From Pseudomonadota bacterium (lineage in GTDB: Bacteria > Pseudomonadota > Alphaproteobacteria > SP197): a stretch of DNA of 55,178 nt. Shown here piece after piece: positions 28,413 to 39,469 of the stretch. The stretch covers positions 1 to 55,178 of the forward strand of contig JAQCLG010000001.1 in the NCBI GenBank assembly GCA_027592745.1, read 5' to 3'. Positions within the stretch are counted from its first letter, which is position 1, and each line of letters opens with the position of its first letter. The notes beneath the pieces were generated by a model. The model was given only the letters and a program-made list of their open reading frames with translations, had not been told where the DNA came from and made no database searches. The translations under genes and the position numbers were made by a program.

Positions 28413-29033
28413 ATGCTGGATGCGACGGGGAAGCGTGCGGTCGCGCGCGATCGACGGGGTTTTCTGAAGCTTGTGACGGGTGCGGGGCTTGTTGCCGCCT
28501 CGGGCCTTGCGATGAACTCGACACGCGCCTTCGCCGACCTGCCGCCGCTGCCCGGCCTGCGCCCCGAACCGCCCGCCGAACTCTCCATGGACGTGCGCGA
28601 ACTGGCCTTCGAGGCCGCCCACACCGGCGAGAAGCTGACCGTTCCCTATTTCGACAATGGCCGGTACGTCCGTGACGCCCTGCAGGCGGTCAAGCACATC
28701 ATGCGCGACCACCGCAACGACCAGGAACACGACATCGATCCGGCGCTGCTCGACGTTCTGACGGTGCTGCGAGAGCGCCTCGGCACGACCTCGCCGGTAA
28801 CCATCGTCTCGGCCTATCGCTCGCCCGAGACCAACGCGATGCTGGCCGCCCAGAACGGCGGCGTCGCCAAGAACAGCTACCACCTGCGCGGTCAGGCGAT
28901 CGACATCCGCATGGACGACCGCACCACCCGCGAGATCTTCCAGGTCGCGCTGAACATGCAGGCCGGCGGCACCAGCCGTTACGGCCGGTCGGACTTCGTG
29001 CACATCGATACCGGGCCGGTACGCACCTGGTAG
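28413..29033 (+). CDS. DUF882/peptidase M15A-like protein with a Tat signal
   Basis: RRGFLKLVTGAGLVAASGLAMNSTRAFA Tat signal. SAYRSPETN, YHLRGQAIDI and DFVHIDTG motifs. A usual partner of YcbB-type transpeptidases. Confidence 0.85.
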   Translation: MLDATGKRAVARDRRGFLKLVTGAGLVAASGLAMNSTRAFADLPPLPGLRPEPPAELSMDVRELAFEAAHTGEKLTVPYFDNGRYVRDALQAVKHIMRDHRNDQEHDIDPALLDVLTVLRERLGTTSPVTIVSAYRSPETNAMLAAQNGGVAKNSYHLRGQAIDIRMDDRTTREIFQVALNMQAGGTSRYGRSDFVHIDTGPVRTW

Positions 29034-29051
29034 GCGCCCGCTGGCTGGTGC

Positions 29052-30221
29052 TCAGGCCGTCCCGGCGAAGCGCCGGGCCAGGCGCGCCGCGGCTTCGTCG
29101 AGGATCGCGTCCTGCTTGCAGAAGCAGAACCGGGCGAGATGGGTCGGGCCGCCGGGCTCGCGGTAGAAGGCGCTGACCGGCACCGCCGTGACCCCGGCCT
29201 CGACCGTGATCAGGCGGCAGAAGTCCTCGTCGCTGCCCGCGAAGCCCAGGGGCCGGAAATCGGCGCTGACGAAATAGGTGCCTTCCGAGGGCAGCACGAC
29301 CATTCCGGCCCTGGCCAGGCCCGCCGACAGCCGATCGCGCTTGGCCTGCATGGCGCCCGCCAGCCCGGTGAAGTAGCCGTCCTCCTTGGCAAGGCCGAAG
29401 GCAACCGCCTTCTGCAGGCCGGGCGGCGTCGTGAAGGTCATGAACTGGTGGGTCTTGACCACCGGGGCGAGCAACGCGGCATCGCCCACGACCCAGCCGA
29501 CCTTCCAGCCCGTGAGCGAGAAGATCTTGCCGGCCGAGCCGATGCGCAGGGTGCGCTCGCGCATGCCCGGCAGGGTCGCCATGGGAACGTGGGGCTGCCC
29601 GTCGAAGGCAAGGTGCTCGTAGACCTCGTCGCACAGGCAGACGACATCGTGGGCGATGCACAGCCGGGCGATGGTCTCGAGCTCCTCGCGGCGGATGATG
29701 CGCGAAGCCGGGTTCATCGGCGAGTTGATCAGGATGAGGCGTGTGCGTGCGTTGAACGCCGCCTCCAGGCGCTCGACCGGCAGGCGCCATTCGGGCGGAT
29801 CGAGGCGGACGTAGCGCGGCACCGCGCCGGCGCGGGCCACCATGGGCGCGTAACTGTCGTAGAGCGGTTCGAGCAGGATGACCTCGTCGCCCGGGTTGAG
29901 CAGGCCCATCAGGCAGTCGGCCAGCGCCTCGGTGGCCCCGGAGGTGACGACGATCTCGCTCTGCCAGTCGTAGTCGAGGCCGTAGAAGCGGCGGCCGTGG
30001 GCGGCGATGGCCTGGCGCAGTTCGGGCAGGCCGGCCATGGGCGGGTACTGGTTGGGACCCTTCATCAGGGCATCGGCGGCGGCCTGGCGGACATCGGCGG
30101 GGCCGTCCTCGTCGGGGAAGCCCTGGCCGAGGTTGATCGAGCCGTGTTCGATGGCAAGGCGCGACATGACCTCGAACACCGTCGTGCCGAGCGCCGCCAT
30201 GGTCTGGTTGGCCGGTTTCAT
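29052..30221 (-). CDS. class I/II aminotransferase (YbdL/kynurenine-aminotransferase-like)
   Basis: ATG at 30221 with GGGGAGAA upstream. LGQGFPD, NSPMNP and SAGKIFSLTGWKVGW motifs. Confidence 0.88.
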   Translation of the reverse strand: MKPANQTMAALGTTVFEVMSRLAIEHGSINLGQGFPDEDGPADVRQAAADALMKGPNQYPPMAGLPELRQAIAAHGRRFYGLDYDWQSEIVVTSGATEALADCLMGLLNPGDEVILLEPLYDSYAPMVARAGAVPRYVRLDPPEWRLPVERLEAAFNARTRLILINSPMNPASRIIRREELETIARLCIAHDVVCLCDEVYEHLAFDGQPHVPMATLPGMRERTLRIGSAGKIFSLTGWKVGWVVGDAALLAPVVKTHQFMTFTTPPGLQKAVAFGLAKEDGYFTGLAGAMQAKRDRLSAGLARAGMVVLPSEGTYFVSADFRPLGFAGSDEDFCRLITVEAGVTAVPVSAFYREPGGPTHLARFCFCKQDAILDEAAARLARRFAGTA

Positions 30222-30304
30222 GCTTTTCTCCCCTGCGCCGGCGCGACATTGCCGGAGGCGCGGGGACGGGGCAACGGCTGTCACGGCCGAGACGGGGATA
30301 AGCC

Positions 30305-31021
30305 ATGGCGGCCATCAGCGAAACCGACCTCTACGGCCCGGTGAAGGCCTTCCTGGAAGGCCAGGGCTATGCCGTGAAGGGCGAGATCGGCCGCTGCGAC
30401 GTCGTCGCCGTGTCGGAGGGCGCCGATCCCGTGATCGTCGAGCTCAAGACCACCTTCAGCCTGCCGCTGGTCTTCCAGGGCCTGCAGCGCCAGTCGGTCA
30501 GCGACCTGGTCTACCTCGCCGTGCCGGCGACCGGCGGCGGGCTGTGGAAACGCCAGCGCCGCGACATCGTCAAGCTCTGCCGCCTGCTCGGCCTGGGCCT
30601 GATGGCCGTCGACCCGGGCACCGGCCATGTCGAGGTCCATCTCGACCCCGCCCCCTACCAGCCGCGCAAGCAGCCCAGGGCAAGGCAACGCCTGCTCGGC
30701 GAGTTCCAGCGCCGGGTCGGCGATCCGACCATGGGCGGAGGACGCGGCAGACCGGTGATGACCGCCTACCGCCAGGACGCCCTGCGCTGCGCCCGCCATC
30801 TTGCCGCCGCCGGCCCCATGGGGCCTGCCGCCCTGCGCGACGCCACGGGCGTGGCGCGCACCGGAACGATCCTGCGCGACGACGTCTATGGCTGGTTCGA
30901 ACGGGTGGAACGCGGCGTCTACCGCATCACGCCGGCGGGTCGGGCAGCGCTGGAGACCTTTGCCGACGCCCTGGCCGCGCTCGACGGCGAGCACCCCGGC
31001 TGCCCCGAGCACAATCGTTGA
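30305..31021 (+). CDS. DUF2161-like protein (predicted PD-(D/E)XK nuclease fold plus winged helix)
   Basis: GRCDVVAV...VIVELK resembles a D...ExK motif. The C-terminal region looks wHTH-like. Family name is from memory. Confidence 0.6.
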   Translation: MAAISETDLYGPVKAFLEGQGYAVKGEIGRCDVVAVSEGADPVIVELKTTFSLPLVFQGLQRQSVSDLVYLAVPATGGGLWKRQRRDIVKLCRLLGLGLMAVDPGTGHVEVHLDPAPYQPRKQPRARQRLLGEFQRRVGDPTMGGGRGRPVMTAYRQDALRCARHLAAAGPMGPAALRDATGVARTGTILRDDVYGWFERVERGVYRITPAGRAALETFADALAALDGEHPGCPEHNR

Positions 31022-31093
31022 GCAACTGCCTGTTTCTTGAGCACAAATTGCTTAGAAGATGCATCATGATTTTGCCGTAACATCATGATTTAG

Positions 31094-31501
<408 letters not shown>

Positions 31502-31564
31502 AGCCCGTCCGGCCCCCGCGCCGAGGGGCCACGAGCGTTTCCGTTCCAATCAAGGAGAACCCCT

Positions 31565-32974
31565 GTGTCCGACGCCGAAGCCGTTCTGAAGAAAATCCGG
31601 GATGAAGAGATTCCCTACGTCGACCTGCGTTTCACCGACGCCAAGGGCAAGTGGCAGCACCTGACCATGGCCGCCCGCATGATCGAAGAGGACACCTTCG
31701 CCGACGGCATCATGTTCGACGGCTCCTCGATCGCCGGCTGGAAGGCGATCAACGAGTCCGACATGATCCTGATGCCCGACGCCAGCTCCGCCGTGATGGA
31801 CCCCTTCGAGCCCCAGCCGACGCTGATCGTCAACTGCGATATCCTGGAGCCCTCGACCGGCCAGCCCTACACCCGCGACCCGCGCTCGACCGCCAAGCGC
31901 GCCCAGGCCTACCTGGCCTACAGCGGCATCGGCGACACCGCCTATTTCGGCCCCGAGCTGGAGTTTTTCGTCTTCGACAGCGTGCGGTTCTCCAACGATC
32001 CGCGCCACACCTTCTACCATCTCGATTCCTCGGAAGGCCCCTACAACGACGCGACCCACTACGAGGAGGGCAACCTTGCCCACCGGCCGCGCACCAAGGG
32101 CGGCTACTTCCCGGTCGCCCCGATGGATACCGCCAGCGAGATGCGCGGCGAGATGCTGACCGTGATGGCCGACATGGGCATCCCGATCGACAAGCACCAC
32201 CATGAGGTCGCACCCGCCCAGCACGAACTGGGCATGACCTTCGGCACCCTGCTCGACTGCGCCGATTTCGTGCAGACCTACAAGTATGTCGTGCACCGGG
32301 TCGCCCACAGCTACGGGAAGACCGCGACCTTCATGCCCAAGCCCGTGATGGGCGACAACGGCTCGGGCATGCATGTCCACCAGTCGATCTGGCGCGACGG
32401 CAAGCCCCTGTTCGCGGGCAACGGTTACGCCGACCTCTCCGACACCGCGCTCTACTACATCGGCGGCATCATCAAGCACGCCAAGGCGCTGAACGCCTTC
32501 ACCAACCCCTCGACCAACAGCTACAAGCGCCTGGTCCCGGGTTACGAGGCGCCGGTGCTGCTGGCCTACAGCTCGCGCAACCGTTCGGCCTCCTGCCGCA
32601 TCCCGTTCGCGACCTCGCCCAAGGCCAAGCGTGTCGAGGTGCGTTTCCCCGATCCCACGGCCAACCCCTACTTCGCCTTCTCGGCGATGCTGATGGCCGG
32701 TCTCGACGGCATCGAGAACAAGATCCATCCCGGCGACGCGATGGACAAGAACCTCTACGACCTGCCGCCCGAGGAGCTGAAGGAAGTCCCGACCGTGTGC
32801 GGCAGCCTGCGCGAAGCGCTGCAGAGCCTGGACGCCGACCGCGAGTTCCTGAAGAAGGGCGAGGTCTTCACCGACGACCTGATCGACGCCTACATGGAAC
32901 TGAAGTGGGAGGAGGTCATGCGCTTCGAGACCGCCACCCACCCGATCGAATACGACATGTACTACAGCGTCTGA
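31565..32974 (+). CDS. glnA: glutamine synthetase type I
   Basis: 469 aa. GTG start with AAGGAGAA RBS. Adenylylation-site region NLYDLPPEE. Confidence 0.96.
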   Translation: MSDAEAVLKKIRDEEIPYVDLRFTDAKGKWQHLTMAARMIEEDTFADGIMFDGSSIAGWKAINESDMILMPDASSAVMDPFEPQPTLIVNCDILEPSTGQPYTRDPRSTAKRAQAYLAYSGIGDTAYFGPELEFFVFDSVRFSNDPRHTFYHLDSSEGPYNDATHYEEGNLAHRPRTKGGYFPVAPMDTASEMRGEMLTVMADMGIPIDKHHHEVAPAQHELGMTFGTLLDCADFVQTYKYVVHRVAHSYGKTATFMPKPVMGDNGSGMHVHQSIWRDGKPLFAGNGYADLSDTALYYIGGIIKHAKALNAFTNPSTNSYKRLVPGYEAPVLLAYSSRNRSASCRIPFATSPKAKRVEVRFPDPTANPYFAFSAMLMAGLDGIENKIHPGDAMDKNLYDLPPEELKEVPTVCGSLREALQSLDADREFLKKGEVFTDDLIDAYMELKWEEVMRFETATHPIEYDMYYSV

Positions 32975-32996
32975 TCCTCCCATCAGAATGCTGACG

Positions 32997-33035
32997 AAAG
33001 GCGCGGATCCGCAAGGGTCCGCGCCTTTTTCGTTT
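32997..33035 (+). terminator. rho-independent terminator after glnA
   Basis: AAAGGCGCGGA-tccgcaaggg-TCCGCGCCTTT followed by TTCGTTT. Confidence 0.85.
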
Positions 33036-33133
33036 GCGGGAGGCAGCCTCGATGCTGGACAACCGCGAGCGCCGCCTCCAAACATGGCGCCCTCCCGCAG
33101 GCGACGCGCCTGCCCTTCCACGACTGTGGTGCC

Positions 33134-34345
33134 ATGACGACAGCCTCCGGCGACGCCCATGCCCTGACGCCCGCCCAGCGCCGGCGCGGCCTCACAGCCG
33201 TGCTGATGGGCATGACGGTGATCGGCATCAACGTCGGGCTGTTCAACCCGCTGATCGCGCTGAACCTGGAGAACCAGGGGGTCTCGACGACGTTCAACGG
33301 CATCAACGCGGCGATGCCCTATATCGCGGCGATCCTCTTTGCCCCGCTGGTGCCGCGCCTGGCCGCGCGGATGGGGCTGCTCGGCGTGCTGCTGCTGGCG
33401 GGTGTGATCGATGTCGCAGTGATCCTGGCATTCACGCTTTCGGCCGACATCTGGGTGTGGATGGGCCTGCGGTTCCTGATGGGCCTGGGCATGCTGTTCC
33501 ACTGGGTCGGTAGCGAGATCTGGGTCAACGCGGCGGTGACCGACCGGAACCGGGGCAAGATCATCGGCCTCAACGGCGCGCTCTTCTCGGTCGGCATGGT
33601 CTGCGGCCCGCTGGTGCTGGGTTACATCGGTTCGTCGGGCAACCTGCCCTTTTATGTCAGCGCCGGGCTGATCTGCGCGGCCATGGCCCCGCTGCTGCTG
33701 GCCTTCGGCACCGCGCCGGACGCCGGCGGCAAACACCGCACCAACCTGCTGGCCGCGATCCGCCATGCGCCCACGCCGATGCTCTCGGCCTTCATCCAGG
33801 GCATCCTGTTCGTGGCGCTGTTCGTGCAGCTGCCGATCTACGGCCTGAGGAGCGGCCTGCCCGAGATCGAGGCGGTGACCCTGCTTTCGGCCCTGGTGGT
33901 CGGGGGCATCATCGCGCCGGTGCCGATCGGCTGGCTGGCCGACCACATGGACCGGCGCCTGCTGCTGATCGTCTGCGGCGCCGTCATGCTGGTCGCCGTG
34001 CTGCTGCTGCCGCTGGTCTTCCACAACACGTTGCTGGCCTGGTTCCTGCTGATGATCTGGGGCGGGGCGGGCGGCGGGCTCTATACCCTGGGGCTGGTAC
34101 GCTTGGGCGAACTGTTCGGCCCGGCCCAGCTCGGCGCGGCGACCGCGGCCTTCGTCATGACCACCCACATCGGCTCGATCGCCGGCCCGGTCATGGCCGG
34201 TGTCGGCATGGACCTGTGGAATCCCGACGGATTCATCGTCGCCATGGCCGTGTCGGCCGCCGCCTTTGTCGGCTTTGGCACCTGGCGTTATCTCACCGTG
34301 CCCGACAGCGCCCGCCGCCGGAACCCGCCCGAACTGTCCCGGTAG
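33134..34345 (+). CDS. MFS transporter
   Basis: 403 aa with about 12 TM segments. Confidence 0.8.
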   Translation: MTTASGDAHALTPAQRRRGLTAVLMGMTVIGINVGLFNPLIALNLENQGVSTTFNGINAAMPYIAAILFAPLVPRLAARMGLLGVLLLAGVIDVAVILAFTLSADIWVWMGLRFLMGLGMLFHWVGSEIWVNAAVTDRNRGKIIGLNGALFSVGMVCGPLVLGYIGSSGNLPFYVSAGLICAAMAPLLLAFGTAPDAGGKHRTNLLAAIRHAPTPMLSAFIQGILFVALFVQLPIYGLRSGLPEIEAVTLLSALVVGGIIAPVPIGWLADHMDRRLLLIVCGAVMLVAVLLLPLVFHNTLLAWFLLMIWGGAGGGLYTLGLVRLGELFGPAQLGAATAAFVMTTHIGSIAGPVMAGVGMDLWNPDGFIVAMAVSAAAFVGFGTWRYLTVPDSARRRNPPELSR

Positions 34346-34432
34346 GCCGCACCATCCTGGAGATGCGCCGCCGCCATCTCGCCAGGCTCGGGGCACCCCT
34401 TCGCCGGCGACCGCCCGGTCTGACCGGCGCCC

Positions 34433-35269
34433 TCAGACGGCAAAGTAGCGGTTGGCGGGCCGGGACAGGGCGCTGCCCAGGTCCGGGTCGATCAGCAGCA
34501 CGTATAGCACACCGGTCACCGCCACCGCAGGGGCGGCCAGCACGAAGGAGACCAGGGCCTTCACGAAGCGCAGGACCAGTTCGACGACAAGGCCGGGTTC
34601 GGTGCCGATGACGGCGGCCGAGACCTCCAGCATCAGCAGTTCGCCCGCCAGGATCGGCAGGGTCACCAGGACCAGGGCGATGGCGATGCGCAGGGTGTTG
34701 CCTTCGGCCGCACGCCAGGCCCGCGCGATGTCGGCGCCCCGGTCGAGGGCGATTGCCGGCAGCACCATCACGGATCGGGCGACCACGATGGTCGCCACCA
34801 CCGGGCCGATCAGCAACACGATGCCGCCGACCGCCTGGCCGGCGGCAAAGGCCTGGGCCGCGCCCGGCGCGGTCGCCAGCCCCATGAAGACGAGCCCGAG
34901 CAGGAAAAACGAGACCAGCATGTAGAGCAGTTCGCGCCGGCCCAGGCGCAGGTACCAGCGGCGGGGCGGCTCGGCGGCCGGCATCAGCTGCATGCGCTGC
35001 CAGGTGGTGGCGACCATGGTGCTGAGCGCGGTTGCCAGCAGCGCCAGCAGGATGAAGACGAACATCGCCTGAGGCGTCGTGACGATCTCGCCCTGGGCGT
35101 CGATGTAGGGCGCCTGGGGTTCCAGCAGCGCACCGGCCGCGGTCATCAGCAGGGCCGGCAGCCAGCCGATGCGCAGCAGCGCGTCGAAGCCGGCGGCGGT
35201 CGTCACGAAACCCTGGCGCACCACGGGCAGCGGCGCGATTCGGGGGCGGTTGGAGGATGGCTCGGTCAT
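34433..35269 (-). CDS. multi-pass membrane protein, paralog 1 of 3
   Basis: ATG at 35269. Shares W-x-R...RW...G..E and AWR..(E/R)GNTLRI motifs with the two upstream genes. Confidence 0.65.
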   Translation of the reverse strand: MTEPSSNRPRIAPLPVVRQGFVTTAAGFDALLRIGWLPALLMTAAGALLEPQAPYIDAQGEIVTTPQAMFVFILLALLATALSTMVATTWQRMQLMPAAEPPRRWYLRLGRRELLYMLVSFFLLGLVFMGLATAPGAAQAFAAGQAVGGIVLLIGPVVATIVVARSVMVLPAIALDRGADIARAWRAAEGNTLRIAIALVLVTLPILAGELLMLEVSAAVIGTEPGLVVELVLRFVKALVSFVLAAPAVAVTGVLYVLLIDPDLGSALSRPANRYFAV

Positions 35270-35401
35270 GGTAGGATGCCGCAGGGAACGACGGGCATCG
35301 CTTCCGAGCACGAGCGTGAATTCATACGTTGCATCATTTAACGCATCTATCCATAGGAAATAACTTCAACTTTCATGCTTTGCCGATGTCGACCGACGGG
35401 A

Positions 35402-36370
35402 TCATGCGGCCCCGCCGGTTGCGGTTGCGCCGGTGCCGGGGCTGTCCCGCCGCAGGCCTGCATAACACAGGCCCAGCGCGGCACACTGCAGCGCCATGCC
35501 CAGGCCCATGACACCCGCCCAGAGGACCACCACCAGCAGCGAACAGAGGAAGAAGCCGGCCCCCGCCTCCCAAGGCGCGACCATCTCACGCATCAGCGCC
35601 ATCATCTGCTCATGCATCCGGTCGGGAGCGGCGAAAAAGCCGGTATAGGCAAGGATCGCGGCCAGCGTCACCGCCTGCAGCACCATCGTCACGAACAGCC
35701 ACGGCAGGCCGATCAGGCCGTAGATGGAGAAGATCCGCAGCGTGTTGCCGCGGCCCAGGCGCCATGCCGCCAGGGGATCGAGGCCGCCGCCGCTGGCGAC
35801 TTGGGGCAGGTAGAGGGCGAACCGGCAGACCGCCAGGAACAGGGCCGTGAACAGGACGACCATGACGGCCTGGCCGCCATTGCCGATGGCCACCACGGCA
35901 GCCAGGGAAAGCGCAAAGGCCACGACACCGGCGATCGATGCCCCAATTCCGAAGATGATCATGGCGGCGATCATCTCGATTTCCGTCGCGCCGAAACGCG
36001 GCACCAGCCAGCGCCCGTTGCCGAGGTCGCCGAGGACGGCAAGACGCAGCCATGCCGTCAGGACAAGCACGGTCAGCAGCAGGAAGACGATCTGGCTCAG
36101 GACCTGGACCAGCACCATCAGGGCCCCGGGCTCCTGCATGCCCAGGGCCAGGGCCTCGACCTCGGCTTCGGAGAGCATGTCCCCGGTTGCCATCCGCTCC
36201 ATCTCCGCAAGAAGTGTGTCCCAGACATCGGCGAGTTGCCACATGGCCAGCGCCTGGAACACCACCAGGATGACCAGGGCCGGAAAGGCCAGGCGCAGGA
36301 AGGTCAGCGGCTGGCCCAGCACCAGCCGGTAGCTCTCCAAGGTGGTCGTCCAGATCGGCAGGCGGGTCAT
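35402..36370 (-). CDS. multi-pass membrane protein, paralog 2 of 3
   Basis: ATG at 36370 in an ATGA overlap with the paralog 3 stop. AAWRLGRGNTLRIFSIYGL motif. Confidence 0.65.
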   Translation of the reverse strand: MTRLPIWTTTLESYRLVLGQPLTFLRLAFPALVILVVFQALAMWQLADVWDTLLAEMERMATGDMLSEAEVEALALGMQEPGALMVLVQVLSQIVFLLLTVLVLTAWLRLAVLGDLGNGRWLVPRFGATEIEMIAAMIIFGIGASIAGVVAFALSLAAVVAIGNGGQAVMVVLFTALFLAVCRFALYLPQVASGGGLDPLAAWRLGRGNTLRIFSIYGLIGLPWLFVTMVLQAVTLAAILAYTGFFAAPDRMHEQMMALMREMVAPWEAGAGFFLCSLLVVVLWAGVMGLGMALQCAALGLCYAGLRRDSPGTGATATGGAA

Positions 36371-37197
36371 GGCGAACTCGCCCCAGGAGCCGGCGGCAGC
36401 CGGCGTTCGAGCACGGCGACGCCGGAGGCGACGAGCATGATGGCCAGGACGCGCCAGAATACGCTGATCTCGTAGAGGACGTCCTGCAGCCAGGGCGTCC
36501 CGATGGCGACGTACAGCGGCCCGTTCACGGCCCAGGCGAGCAGCTTCGCGAGTGCCAACAGGGCGACAAGCGTCCCGGCCGTGCGCCACCAGCGCCCACG
36601 CAGGCGCGCCACGATCCGGCGCAGGCCAAGGGACTCGCCGAGGGCGATCGGCACGAACCCCAGGGCGAGCGGCAGCACCGGTGCCCAGGCGACAAGCGAC
36701 AGCAGCACGAAGACGAGCCCCTGAACGCCAGGAAGATTGGCCGCCACGGTGATCAGGCCCGCGTTGCCGGCCTGAACGAACTCGAGCAGGAACAGCGCCT
36801 GCTCGACGAAGACGTGGCCGGCGCCCATGACCAGCGCGAGTGCCCATGCGCGCATGACCCGCCGGTTCAAGACGAGGCCGGAGAGCCAGCCAGCCGGCTC
36901 CAGGCCTGCCAGAACACGCAGCCAGCCGATCAACAGCATGGCTGCGAGGAGCGCGTGAACCGCGGCCGGGATCACCCAGATGACGGCGATCACGGCCTGC
37001 TGGAAGCCGGAGGGCGAGACGACGTCCAGCAGGTCGCGGTAGACCCACCCCATGCCGGCCCCAAGGCCCTCGTCGACGGCCCAGAACAGGAGGAGCGGCA
37101 GCGCCACGACCTTTGCAGCGTCCGGCAGCCGTACGAGCGCCGGGCGGAGCCTTGCAAGAATCCGCTCACTCGGGCTGACAAATGCGCGCTCTGTCAT
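36367..37197 (-). CDS. multi-pass membrane protein, paralog 3 of 3
   Basis: ATG at 37197. Same TM architecture as the other two, but more diverged. Confidence 0.6.
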   Translation of the reverse strand: MTERAFVSPSERILARLRPALVRLPDAAKVVALPLLLFWAVDEGLGAGMGWVYRDLLDVVSPSGFQQAVIAVIWVIPAAVHALLAAMLLIGWLRVLAGLEPAGWLSGLVLNRRVMRAWALALVMGAGHVFVEQALFLLEFVQAGNAGLITVAANLPGVQGLVFVLLSLVAWAPVLPLALGFVPIALGESLGLRRIVARLRGRWWRTAGTLVALLALAKLLAWAVNGPLYVAIGTPWLQDVLYEISVFWRVLAIMLVASGVAVLERRLPPAPGASSP

Positions 37198-37462
37198 GTC
37201 CCCTCTCCCGTCATGGCACCGCGCTTCTGGCCATCTCGCGGCACCAACGGGCGACGGGTTGCCTCGTTGCGGGAAGCATCGCGCCCACGGCAGGCTCGGC
37301 CGCAGGCCAGGTGGTCACCGCCACGTCCATGGCACATGCATGTTGTCGGGATCAATCGCGCTTCCCCCTCAACCACCGATGGTGCCACGGGGTGTCGCCC
37401 ACGTCGCCTCCCATGCATTACAATATCTGGCATGAGTCGGTCCGAGTCACCCCACCATCTGC

Positions 37463-37492
37463 TTGCCGTCACCGTTTTGTTCCCACTATAGT
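37463..37492 (+). promoter_or_regulatory. possible sigma70 promoter immediately upstream of parE
   Basis: TTGCCG (37463-37468), an 18-nt spacer, then TATAGT (37487-37492). The ATG follows 9 nt later with no Shine-Dalgarno sequence. Confidence 0.3.
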
Positions 37493-37501
37493 CCGCCCGC
37501 C

Positions 37502-39469
37502 ATGAACGACCTTTTCGACACCCCCTCCAACGGCAAATCGAGCTACACCGCCAAGGACATCGAGGTCCTGGAGGGCCTGGAGCCTGTCCGCCGACGGCCT
37601 GCCATGTACATCGGCGGCACCGACGAGGGCGGCCTGCACCACCTCTTCGCCGAGGTCCTGGACAACGCCATGGACGAGGCCGTGGCGGGCCATGCCAGCC
37701 GCATCGAGGTCGAGATCGCCGCCGACGGCACCGTTACCGTGGCCGACAACGGGCGCGGCATCCCGACCGACCCGCACCCGAAATACAAGAAACTCTCGGC
37801 GCTGGAGGTCATCCTCACGACGCTGCATTCGGGCGGCAAGTTCTCCGGCAAGGTCTATGCGACCTCCGGCGGCCTGCACGGCGTCGGCGTCAGCGTCGTC
37901 AACGCGCTTTCGGACAAGCTGACGGTGGAGGTCGCGCGCGACAAGCGGCTGTGGCGCCAGAGCTACAGCCGGGGCAAGCCCACGACCAAGCTGCAGGACG
38001 CCGGCCAGGTCGCCAACCGGCGCGGCACCACGATCAGCTTCCATCCCGACCCCGAGATCTTCGGCCAGAGCGCGCGCATGCGCCCTGCCCGCCTGTTCCG
38101 CATGACGCGTTCCAAGGCCTATCTCTACCGGGGCGTGGAGATCCGCTGGCGCTGCGCCGAGGAATTGCTGAAGGACGCGGGCGAGACACCAACCGAGGCG
38201 GTCTTCCACTTCCCCGGCGGTCTGGGCGACTTCCTGGCCGCGACCCTGGAGAAACGGCCCACGGCAACGCCCAAGCCCTTCTTGGGTACCGCAGGCCTGG
38301 GCGACGAGGTCGGCAAGGTGGAATGGGCGATCGCCTGGCCGCTCGACGGCGAGGGCTTTTCCTCGACCTACTGCAACACGGTGCCCACGCCCGAGGGCGG
38401 CACCCACGAGGCAGGCATGCGCGCGGCCCTGACCAAGGGGCTGCGCGCCTACGGCGAGCGCGTCGGCAACAAGAAGGCCGACAAGATCACCGGCGAGGAC
38501 GTCGCGGGTGGCGCCGGTATCCTGCTTTCGGTCTTCATCCGTGACCCGCAGTTCCAGGGGCAAACCAAGGAAAAACTTGTCAATACCGACGTTCAGCGTC
38601 AGGTCGAACAGGCCCTGCGCGACCATGTCGACCACTTCCTGACCGGCGACCCCGAGGGCGCCAACATGCTGCTCGAGCTGACCCTGGAGAAGGTCGAGGA
38701 GCGGCAGCGGCGCAAGGCCGAGAAGGACATCAAGCGCAAGGCGCCCGCCCGCCGGCTACGCCTGCCGGGCAAACTCGCCGACTGCACCCGTTCGGGCAGC
38801 AACGACACCGAGATCTTCCTGGTCGAGGGCGACAGCGCCGGCGGCTCGGCCAAGCAGGCGCGCGACCGCGAGACCCAGGCCGTGCTGCCCCTGCGCGGCA
38901 AGATCCTCAACGTCGCCAGCGCCTCGGACGACAAGAAACACGGCAACCAGGAGATCAAGGACCTGCTGCAGGCGCTGGGCTGCGGCACCGGCAAGAACTA
39001 CCGCGAGGAGGATCTGCGCTACGACCGCGTCGTCATCATGACCGACGCCGACGTCGACGGCGCCCATATCGCAGCATTGCTGATGACCTTCTTCTACCGC
39101 GAACTGCCCGGCCTGATCGCCGACGGCCACCTCTACCTGGCGGTGCCGCCGCTCTACCGCCTGAGCCGGGGTGGCGACGTCGCCTATGCCCAGGACGACG
39201 CCCACAAGGACCGCCTGATGAAAGAACGCTTCAACGGCAGCAGCAAGGTGGAAATCAGCCGTTTCAAGGGCTTGGGCGAAATGCCTGTGGCGCAACTCAA
39301 GGCCACGACCATGTCGCCCAGGAGCCGCCAGATGCTGCGCATCGAGATCCCCGAGGGCCAGGAACGCCACACCCACGTCCAGATCGAGAACCTGATGGGG
39401 CGCAAGCCCGAACTGCGCCTGAAGTTCATCCAGGACCACGCCACCGAGGTCGAGGAACTGGACGTCTAG
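37502..39469 (+). CDS. parE: DNA topoisomerase IV subunit B
   Basis: 655 aa, which is ParE length rather than GyrB. GHKL ATPase motifs, Toprim EGDSAGGSAKQARDR, and PLRGKILNV. Confidence 0.9.
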   Translation: MNDLFDTPSNGKSSYTAKDIEVLEGLEPVRRRPAMYIGGTDEGGLHHLFAEVLDNAMDEAVAGHASRIEVEIAADGTVTVADNGRGIPTDPHPKYKKLSALEVILTTLHSGGKFSGKVYATSGGLHGVGVSVVNALSDKLTVEVARDKRLWRQSYSRGKPTTKLQDAGQVANRRGTTISFHPDPEIFGQSARMRPARLFRMTRSKAYLYRGVEIRWRCAEELLKDAGETPTEAVFHFPGGLGDFLAATLEKRPTATPKPFLGTAGLGDEVGKVEWAIAWPLDGEGFSSTYCNTVPTPEGGTHEAGMRAALTKGLRAYGERVGNKKADKITGEDVAGGAGILLSVFIRDPQFQGQTKEKLVNTDVQRQVEQALRDHVDHFLTGDPEGANMLLELTLEKVEERQRRKAEKDIKRKAPARRLRLPGKLADCTRSGSNDTEIFLVEGDSAGGSAKQARDRETQAVLPLRGKILNVASASDDKKHGNQEIKDLLQALGCGTGKNYREEDLRYDRVVIMTDADVDGAHIAALLMTFFYRELPGLIADGHLYLAVPPLYRLSRGGDVAYAQDDAHKDRLMKERFNGSSKVEISRFKGLGEMPVAQLKATTMSPRSRQMLRIEIPEGQERHTHVQIENLMGRKPELRLKFIQDHATEVEELDV

